Origin: Bilabrum cf. latius
Taxonomy: Eukaryota
DNA length: 64,000 bases
Assembly: GCA_965178125.1 (NCBI GenBank)
Contig: OZ237760.1
Location: 620,001 to 684,000, forward strand
Reading direction: 5' to 3'
Position numbers and translations under genes: made by a program. The notes under the pieces are model-generated. The model saw nothing but the letters and a program-made list of their open reading frames with translations, ran no database searches and was not told the origin of the DNA. Positions 50,650-60,107 of this stretch are shown in pieces (the stretch's first letter is position 1; the number at the start of each line of letters is the position of its first letter).

Positions 50650-52891
50650 TTAGTCCTCCAGCCAGTCCTCTCCCAGCCCCTCGTCCGTGGCCTCACCGGC
50701 GACAGCCCCCGCCCCGACGTCGTCCTCACCGAGCCCCTCCATCCCATGCTCCTCTTCTTCCTCGTCATCCTCTCCTCCCTCCCCCGCCCCTTCTTCATTG
50801 CTGCGCTACTACTGCCCTTCTTCCTGCACTTGATCGCCGGCACCGTTGCTGCCCCCACCATCCTCCTCCTCCTCCTCCTCCTCCAGCTCCCCTTCAGCAG
50901 CAGCAGCAGCAGCACCCGCCGCGCCCTCCTCCATGAACACGTCGTCATCTTCATCTTCGTCCCGGCCATCCTCATCCCCACCCAGCTCCAGGTCCGCCTC
51001 CTCCTCGCTGCCACTGCCAGCCTCCTCTTGATTACCCTCACCATCACCGCCACCGCCACCCACCTCAACCCCCACTTCGCTCTCATCCGCAGCCCCAGCA
51101 CCGGCCCCAGCACCGCCATCATCCCTCTCCTCCTCCTCCAGCGCAGCCGCGTCCTCCTCGTCAGAGTCCCCGCCCAGTCCCACCACAAGCTCTCGATCAT
51201 CGTAGCCTGCGCCGGCAGCAGCAGCAGGAGCAGCGGCAGCTGCACCACCAACGGCAGCCCCAGCAACGACAGCACCGCCAGCAGCAGCACCACCGGCTCC
51301 GATCGCCGCCGCGCCACCCATCTCGATGTCACCTTCATCATCGCCCGCACTCGTCACACCTGTCACGCCCCAGTCCTGGACCCCGTCCCCTCCGCCCGCC
51401 ATGTGGTAGTCCGCCCGGACGGGGGCGTAGACGTACGCGATCGTGTACACGTACGCGTTGAACAGGACGTGGAAGAACATAAAGTCCAGAGCGTGGTCGA
51501 CGTCGAACTGGTACACGGCACCCACCCCCAGCCCTGCGATCGTCGCTGCCAGGATGAACACGTGCAGCGCAAACACGGCCCGCTCCCCGTCTGTCCTCCC
51601 GTCGCACACGTTCTTGGTCGAGCACGCCAGCAGCACCACGACGTACAGCCCGTAGAGGCCTGCCATGAGCAGCCCCAGCACCTCGAGGAACACGAGGACG
51701 GCCCCGTCCTCGGTCCAGTCGTACAGCGGGTCCTGCTGCTGCCTGAAGATGACCCACCCGTAGAAGGACACGGCCAGCAGCCAGTACACGAACATGAGCA
51801 CGATCTTGGGGAGGAAGAAACCGCAGAAGGTCAGCCTCTCGGGCTGCTCCGCCGCCAGGATACCGAACTCGCCCAGCAAGAAGGTCATGAGAGCTGCCAT
51901 GAAGGTCACCTGGAAGCCCAGCTGGATGAAGGCGAAGAAGGCCCGCGGGGTGTAAAACTCGAGGATGAACACGGGATTGTTGTACAGGAAGAGCAGCACG
52001 AGCAGGAGAGCGATCCAGTTGAGGCTAAAGGCGCTGTCTGCAGTGGCTGATGGGTCCAGGCACAGCCCGCAAAAGGCGGAGCCCCTGCGCCCGTCGGCGT
52101 TCACGGCGGACTGCGCGTAGACGTACGTGAGGCCGACCATGAGCGTGGTCACGCACAGGGTCAGCTTCACGCCGAGCTCGAGCTGGGCGAAGGCGGCGTT
52201 CCTGTAGCGGAACAGAAAGTCGACCGTGTCGATCGTAGAGAGGTCCTGGTCCCCGGGCAGCTGCACCTCGAAGTAGTAGAGCGAGTACTGCACGCTGTTG
52301 GTCCTGAAGACGAGCAAGGGGTCGCACGAGCCGGCCCCAGAGTCGCAGTCGAGGACCCTCGTCACGTTTTCGGCCGCGATCGTGTCCCAATTTGAGGCAT
52401 CGGTCGCGTCCTTGCCGGGCTTCAGTCCCATCCACCGCACGTGGAGATCCAGGTTCCTCTCAATCTTGCTGTCGAGCTCGTCTTGCGGGCGGTGCACCGT
52501 CATGTCGAGCTCGAAAAACTGCACTAGGCAGTCGAAGGGCATCAAGAGATCGGGATTTGCAGGAAATTTGACAAAAATATAAACTTTGGCTCGCATGAGA
52601 ATGCCTCACCTGCGTCCAACGCTTCGAGATCTGGAATTCATGATTCCAGCACCGTGGAATTCGAGGAATAATCGCACGAGACGTCTCGTCCGAAACGCAT
52701 CTGGTCGCGGGGTTTGCGAGTTCAACATTGGTACCTCTCTGTGACGGAGCCTTTTCGATCAGCATGCTCGGTCCTAGCACGCCGGCCAGCACCGCGATAA
52801 CAATCAGCAACGCATTGACCGCGGCAATCCCGATGCAATGCGTCCGAGATATGTAAGACAGCCGCTTTCCTGCAACTCCACTTGGATTCAT
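50650..52891 (-). CDS. TMEM181: TMEM181 (Wntless-related) multipass membrane protein with an acidic tail; 2 exons
   Basis: KRLSYISR..GVLGP; NAAFAQLE; LLFLYNNPVF; FFLPKIV; FNAYVYTIAYVYAP. Intron 52519-52609; CAG TAG TAG at 50814-50806; ends at TAA 50650. Confidence 0.8.
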
Positions 52892-53045
52892 CCTGAGCAC
52901 CAGTTATTTGCAGCTGATAGCCTGAAAAACGGCGCTTGAATCGTTTAACTGATGCACCGCCGGTGGAGGCCTACGAACCCTCGAAGAACGTTCCATTCTG
53001 ATGCATCAGCTGGTCAGCCGGTCAGCCGGTCTGCAGCTGGGGCGG

Positions 53046-53078
53046 TTGCTCGAAAATCAAGATTCGTTCGTTCGTTCG
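53046..53078. promoter_or_regulatory. Intergenic 33-bp motif TTGCYCGAAAATCAAGATTCGTTCGTTCGTTCG, copy 2
   Basis: 32/33 identical to 22746-22778; ~155 bp upstream of the TMEM181 ATG, in the opposite orientation relative to the downstream gene. Confidence 0.5.
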
Positions 53079-53307
53079 TGGTTTGTTACTCCTCTTATAT
53101 CGATAGTGCGGGAGCTACTAGCGCTCAATTCAAATCGGACGCACAAGGCACATGCTCGTGGCACCCGCAGGCAGCCGTGGAGCAGGTGCCGCGAACGGCA
53201 TGAAATCCACCAGCCTAGCAAGCAATCCAACCCAAGCAGGTCCAGCCTCGGACAAGGAACATAACCCCGCCATAGCACCGCAGCGGCTCTCGCTCGCCCC
53301 GCGCCCA

Positions 53308-55018
53308 TCACTGCCCACCAAGCACCCGCTTGCAGATGTCCAGCATCATGGTCGGGCGGTCCGACGGGGCCATGTGTCCCGCCGACAGCACGTAGTACAG
53401 CCAGAGGTTCTTGTGGTTCTGGACGAACGCGCCCGTCTGTCTGGCCGAGGGATCCGTGTTGGAGGGGTACAGCGGGGTCTTCTTCTGGTTGTAGAAGGGC
53501 TGCATGCCCTCCCACGTGAGCTTCTTCATCCAGAGCTCGGCGCCTGTGGTGCAGCAGATCAGGTCCAGCTGGCCCTCCAGCACGTGCACCGGGAAGCCGC
53601 GCTCCAGAAGGGCCTCCACCTGGCCGATCGAAGGCTTCATGAAGTCAACGGATAGCTCGGAGAACACGTCGCCAGACTGCCCTCCCCACGACACGCCGTC
53701 CGGGATGGAGAATCCCGACTTCCCGTTGAGCTTGGTCTTGACCGGGCCGTTCATCAGCTGAGACAGCGACTCGGCGTGGTACCTGCCCAGGTGCCTGGCG
53801 CGGGCCAGCTCCAGCTCGGGGGTGGCCATGGGTGCGCTTCCCGCCAGCACGCGGGAGAAGTCGGCAGACGCGAGGCCCTTGCCGACAGCCACTCCCAGCG
53901 CGGTGGCCCTGCCCGCGTCCAGGCCTTGTTCCCTGGTCAGGGCGGCGGCGGCGGAGGCGGAGGCCTCGTCGTCGGGCGCGTTGTGCTTCAGGATGTAGTA
54001 GAAGTCCACGCCGTCTGCGTTCTCTTCGATCACGTTCTCGGCCTGCCCCCACAGCTTGCTGGCGTTGGCCCACTGCCCCGCCTGCACGGCTGCAGTGCAC
54101 GCCTCGGAGGTCTTCTGGTAGTCCTCGAGCTCGTACTCGTTGAAGAGGCTCGTGCTCTTGAGGAAGGGTCCCCACGCGTTCACGTAGTCGATGCCCGAGA
54201 TCCACGAGTCGCCCAGCTCCACTCCCTTCAGGTTCAGCTTTAGCTTGCCCGCGTCCACCGCGTCCAGGAGAGTGCGGGCCGTCTCGCTCGTCACCTTGCC
54301 GCCGTACGACTCCGAGAAGATCCAAAGCGGCTGCTCCGCGGCGCTTGGGTACAGCTTGGTGGAGAATTCCTGCCAGAAGGCGAGCAGGTCGTCCGCGACC
54401 TCCTGGTTCGTGGTAGCGTAGTCGTTCTGGTTCTCCACGTACGAGAAACCGGTGCCGACCGGGGAATCCTGCGATAGTGAATAACGGTGGCTATCTTGCC
54501 AAAGACCGGATGGTGCAACAAGCTAGACACTAACTATCCCTGGTCTGATGGGAAACACGCGCTCACGACAAACAGCAGGTTCGCCTGCGAGGCCCAAGTC
54601 GTATTGCGAGGGTCCAGGTTCACATCGAGAACTCCGATCTCCTCGAAGTTGCCGAAGCCAGTGCTGCTGGCTCCGGGGCCACCTGCGCAGAAGAAGCTAG
54701 CGATGAGATCGAAAAGCGTGCCGCTTGCTTTGGCGGCGCGCGGAGTCTGGATTGCTCGCTTGCTGGCCTAGTTGCCTCACCTTGATGCCACTGAATGATT
54801 GGTTCCGACGTACGCTGCGCTGGGGAGCTACCCTGCTTGCCATACAACCACCAGAACAGGTGGCATCCGGGCCGCACCTCAACGTAACCCCAGTCCTCGT
54901 CTGGAATGCCAGCAGCAGCCATGCTGGCTGCGGCGTCCAGCCGGGCACGCACTTCATTGTGAGCCGCAGCAAGAATGCTGCCTGCCGCAAAAAGCATTGC
55001 TGAAATTGAAGCTCTCAT
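53308..55018 (-). CDS. SCPEP1: Serine carboxypeptidase S10 (SCPEP1/RISC-like); 3 exons
   Basis: Signal peptide; WGYVEVRPGCHLFWWLY; WHQG|GPGASSTGFGNFEEIG; LLFV|DSPVGTGFSY; ESYGGK; GDSWIS; DFMKP; GQLDLIC; AGHMAPSD. Introns at 54683-54780 and 54469-54566; TGA 53308; no TAG. Confidence 0.93.
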
Positions 55019-55279
55019 GACTGATATATGATCTGAACTGCGACGAGCCATTCGCGGAAGGAACGAACCCCAATATCTGCTTTCCGAACGTTCTCCGATG
55101 TCGGATGCCCGCAATGGGCGTGCGCTGCTGTCTGGCGGTGGGTCCAGATACCCGCGAAACAAGCAATTTATAGGCTTAGGATATTGTTTGTTTTCCCGCT
55201 AGCTGCATATGTATTCCACTGCTGCTCGACCGGAACTTGCGACCACGAGGATCGGATCAAACAAACGAAGCGAGCGAGC

Positions 55280-58200
55280 ATGGATCACAAGAATTCCGAA
55301 ACACTTCAATTCACTCGAGCTAAGAGTTGTGAACTGGGTACTATGTTGTGCGTGTTTTAGCCGGCATTCCCCTTCCGTGGTGCAAGCCAACAGGACAAAG
55401 TGCTGAGGCACGTTGAAAGGCTTCGACGACTGGAAGCACCGGGACGGCGCCACAACCTTGCTGCCTCAGCAACGCAAACACGAACGCCAATCCTCACCGC
55501 AAACGATTGGATTTTAAGCTTAACAGATAGTGAATTGCCCGATTTGATACGAACAGGCCACGTTGACTTGAGTGTTTCAACAGACTTGCTGGCGTCAATG
55601 CGAACACAAGGGCTGGCAGCAAGTGAGCACGACATTGTACGTAGTTTTGGAGATGAATTGCCGGCACACACATCTGATCTAACGGATATACTAAAGGCTG
55701 GAAACATTCAGTACGATTCACACTTGGCTGAGGTCGTGGAGGTGCCTTTCGCAATCGCGGCTCGGCTGCCACTGCTGCCGCAGCGAGCACGCAGCAAAGC
55801 TGCTGTCGTGCCAGTTGAGTTTGACCCTATTTCTCTCCATGGCCGATTGGAAGCGCTTCACATGGTTGAGCAAGGCAAGGTTGAGCTGGTTGAAGCTGCT
55901 AGATCGGCAGTAGTCGAGTGGATCACGAGCAACGAGCTTGCGGTTGCAGAGGCGCTGGAGACTCTGCACGAATAGAGTAGGCTCAACCAGGCAGAACCGC
56001 CAAGCCAGCGTGTGTTTGATGTTGAGCCATCGCTGTCGATGCAGTTGTCTGCTTGTATGTCTGGCAGTGTTGACGTGGCCAGCGCAGTAGAATCTGTGCG
56101 GTGCCTTCCTGCGGCAGGGGCAGGTGAGCGCCAGCGGCAGTACAGAGACACAAAAGACCATCCAGCTCTGGTAGCAATGATCAAAAGTAACCGAACAGTT
56201 GATCAAGTTGGTGTGGCTCAAGTACATTCTAATGGAGCCTGGACTGAGGCAGAGTGGGATGCCAACGCAAGCATCCTTGCTTGTCTCAGCTCTCCGGAAT
56301 GGTACCCGAAGAGCGCACGTCTGGACTCGGAGAACGAAGCAAATGCCATTTTTGAGCATCCAACTAGCTGGTTCGATGATTTTAATGCTTAGTACTTGCA
56401 TCAAAGGTCGCTGTTTCTGCCCCTGGGCCCGCTGGGAGCCGACCTGCAGCTGCACGCGCCGCCCGGTGCCGGCTTGGTGCATAGAGCGGTGCTGGATTCC
56501 CGCGCAGCTTCATCGATGATCTCATAGAGTGCCCTTACCCAAGTTGAGCGTGCTGCTGAGCAGGTATTTACTTGCATCACGGATGACTCGCTGCCGCACA
56601 TCGAGGCGAACCCCTACCGGCTGGCACCTCTGCTCAGCCTAGCGACACCCAGCAGCGTGACCCAGTGGGGTGCGACAGCGAAGGCTGGATCGTTTGACCC
56701 CCTAAGTGCTCTCAATAGTAGCATCCAAGAGAATGGTGTGGCAGCAGGTGTTTCTGCGGTTGAGGATGAGGATGAGGATGCCAAGACGGATCCGGCCGAG
56801 TACACGGCCAGCCTGGGCAAGCTCAGGTCTCCAACTCCACACCTAAGGGAGGGCATGCACTTGGCTGCTAGGCAATAGGCGATGCAGGCCGGAGTTTCTG
56901 CAATCGACATGCGCACGGCGTTACTGCGTGGTGCATCCACGCCTTCTGAGTCACCAAGCACGGGCTGGACGGCATTCCCCAGCATCGATCTGTCCATCCG
57001 CACCGGACGCGCCCACAACCGACAGACCCCTCTCGATGCGCTGATGGCACAGGAGCAGGCACGAACCGGCGGGAGTTCTTCCTCTCACGCGCCGAGCACA
57101 ACGTCAACTCTTGTCCTGGCAGATGCAATCTTGGCACCTCACGCGACGTGCGCCAGTGCCGGGGCCAGCGGCATCCAGGATGATGCCACAGGGACGACCG
57201 CACTTGCAAGGTTCGAGCTGATCGGGTCGAGCGACGTCATGGCCGAGCAGCTGCTATAGCAGTCGTCCACGAAAGCAAGCTCACATACGGCCTACCGGCA
57301 ACGTCCAAAGCAACCGCACAATAAGAAGTCCGACAAGCAAGGAGAGGATCACCGAGGTCCCGCAGCGACCGCCATCACCGCACCTGCAGAGCCGACAAAG
57401 CCGCCTGCTACCAAGACGATCGGTTCGTTCGCCGATCACGTACCGAAGTCCAGTCGTGATCATTCCAATGCTCCGTCTACTCCTATTCGTGGCATGGCGG
57501 CTCCAGCAGCTGCGTCCGCCGCGTCGGTTCAGAGCTACGTGTCTCGCATGAGCTCAACAAGCCGACGATCCGCCAGGCGAACCACCGAAAGCCCGCTTCG
57601 GCAGGACACGCCGAGAAATGTGGCGACTGACAGCGCTGCCAACCAAGCGGAGCGGTGGCTCAATGTGCCGCATAGCCCAGCCCCGATCGACATCGCGAGT
57701 CCAGCATCGCACCATCCTGCGAGCGTGGCGCACTCCGTATCATCGACGTCGTCGCATGCAAGAAGGGTAGCACAACCAGCTGAGCCAACAATGGCCCCAC
57801 TTGAGCTACCGCCTGCTAGTAGGCTAGTCCTATGCAACGGGACTACTGCCGATGGCCTTGCGGGAAGCAGCCTTGGGCAGGTTGCTGGACACCGGTCCCA
57901 GTACGCCGCGGCATCCCGGCGATTGGACAGGGACCGCAGGTTCTCATCCCTGATCGAGATCGACCGCGAGGCTGCAGTGCTGTGCGTCCATGGAGATCGT
58001 TTTGATCCCGCCCAAGCAAAGCAGCATGGAGCAAGCACCCTTCACGAAATATGCGCAACGGCGCGCGACTACCCCTGGCTGCACGTGGTGCTGCTACTTG
58101 TAGGACCCCACGTCGACCAGCTCTTTGACGCGTTCAACTCGCTGTCGGCAATGGTTTCCGCACTGGGGTTGGAGTCCGTGCAAGCCGAATTCTGCTTCTC

Positions 58201-59923
58201 CAAGGAACACGTCAAGCAGCACGTGGATCGTGCGGTGCGCAGTTCGATACGGAGGTCTGCGGCTGTCGCATAGAGCGAGACGGATGCAGAGCTGCGCTCC
58301 ACGCTGCTGGACCACAGCGAGTGGAAGAATCCCAAGGAAGGAACGTGGGAGCAGTTTCTTGCGAGCCTACCCGGATGCGGACCAACAGCCGCGCAGGAGG
58401 TGCTCACAGGGTGGGATGCAGACGGAGATGGCAACCTGGGCGGCTGCATCCTGGACTTGCAGCAGATCCCGATCGAGACGATTTTGATGCAAGCATCCGT
58501 GCCTCCGTGTGGGAATGTTCTGTTTGCCGGTGGGATCAAACGTGCGATCTCATTTTGCGCAACCGAAGAGCCAGGGGAGCTGTACGAGCGCGTAGTCACA
58601 GGCGTGCTCGCAGATGTTGCGCAGCTGGCCAACCAGCAAGCCGCAGGTAGAGCCAATCAGGCGGCATCTGTGCCGCATCGAGTGCGCCGCTAGACATCGT
58701 CACTGGATGCACCAGTCATTCTGAACGCAGACCCTCGGCCACCCGCGCAACCCCGAGACAATCGGAGTAAGCTGTCGCATTCAGGTGGCGAGCGCAGCTA
58801 CAGCACTGGTGAACCGCGCTTGATCGAGCCCCCAGCGAACGAGACAACCGGTAGGCGTAGTCCCGGCGGACATGCAACCGCAACACACGCTCCATCGCAG
58901 ATTCATCAGGGAGGGCGTCCAGCAGGCGCAAGTGATCGTCTGGAGCACCTGTTGCACCGGCCGCTAAGCGATCTCTCGCAGCATCCTATACACAGCATTA
59001 CCCAGCACCGTCCTGCATCGAGCAGCTCATTGGCGCTGCCACAAGATGCAGTGCATCATGGAGCGCAAGCCGCCCATAGCATGTGGAATCAGTCGCCTAT
59101 AGGGCAACCGTAGTACACAGCCCAGCGAAGCTAGCTGCAGACGATGCAATCCATGCGCCCGCGCTATGAATATGCCGTCTCTCCACGCTCGCACGCCCGA
59201 AGCCCCCAGGGAATCGGCACGCAAGCTACCCGTCGCAGACTTGGAGCCATGCTAAGCGGCGGGGTCATGCAGAGCCCCGGCCCGCAGGCATCAAGTAGAG
59301 TACCTGCAGCGATTGGTTACGGCTAGCCAGCAGCACCACAAGAAGCGCGGAACGACCATCTGCGCTCTCCAGGTGTCAGTAGCCTTTCAAGAGCACGCCA
59401 GCTCGCGTTGTCATCCAGACCGACGAGTGCTATCGGCGCACTGCGACCCTAGTTTGCGTCTGGCCACCACCCGCAGCTGTCATCCGGTCGATACTCAGGA
59501 CAGCAGCACGAACACTATGGGTATCGGCCGTCGGTTCCGCGCGATAGACCAGGCTCCCGCTCCCAGTCTATGGCAGGCTCGTCTGGATGGCATATGCCGA
59601 GCGATTCTTCTGAGGCGCCGCATGGACACGGACATCCCGATCACAGAAGGTTGTCCCACGCAGTGGCCTCGGCCGACAGCGGCCTGGGCAATCAAGGGAG
59701 CGTCAGTAGGAGTGCCAGAGCTTCACAAGCAAGGGGTGGGGCGCCGGGCACAGGCTCATGCTCGGAATCGGTGGCGCACAGCTCGGAGGAGCACGTTCAC
59801 CTGTCAGGCGTGCGCGTCTAGTCCGGTACGGCAACCCCGGAAGAGGTAATGAAGCTGCGAAACAGGCGGCTGGGGGTAAGCGCGGGCAGCAAGGGGGGCC
59901 AGAGTCGCCTGCAGTGGTCGTGA
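55280..59923 (+). CDS. SHOC1/Zip2-like (XPF/ERCC4-like + HhH) putative meiotic crossover protein, ~1,547 aa
   Basis: Nine ORFs in one frame separated only by TAG (13 in total). ERCC4-like segment (LIEIDREAAVLCV...YPWLHVVLL), HhH-like EQFLASLPGCGPTAAQEVL and C-terminal RRLGV...GGQSRLQWS then TGA resemble SHOC1 features recalled from memory. The size is similar to SHOC1. Confidence 0.55.
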
Positions 59924-60107
59924 TGGCCGCCCGTTCACAATTGGTCGCTAGATAATGATAGACTCAGTGCAATTAGCAAGCGCAGTTTGTAGCAGCACTT
60001 CAAAATCACAACTATCCGAGTTGCGTAACTGACCAAGCACAGACTCCGCCTTGTCCACCAGGCTATCCTTGCTTCAAGCCACAGCCCGTTCCGATGTGTG
60101 CACGTGA

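Noticed and set aside
50614-52050. Long plus-strand 478-aa ORF and similar long antisense ORFs (e.g. 15336-16478, 62689-63936, 36978-37898)
   Set aside because: These are shadow ORFs opposite GC3-rich real genes, with no independent motifs.
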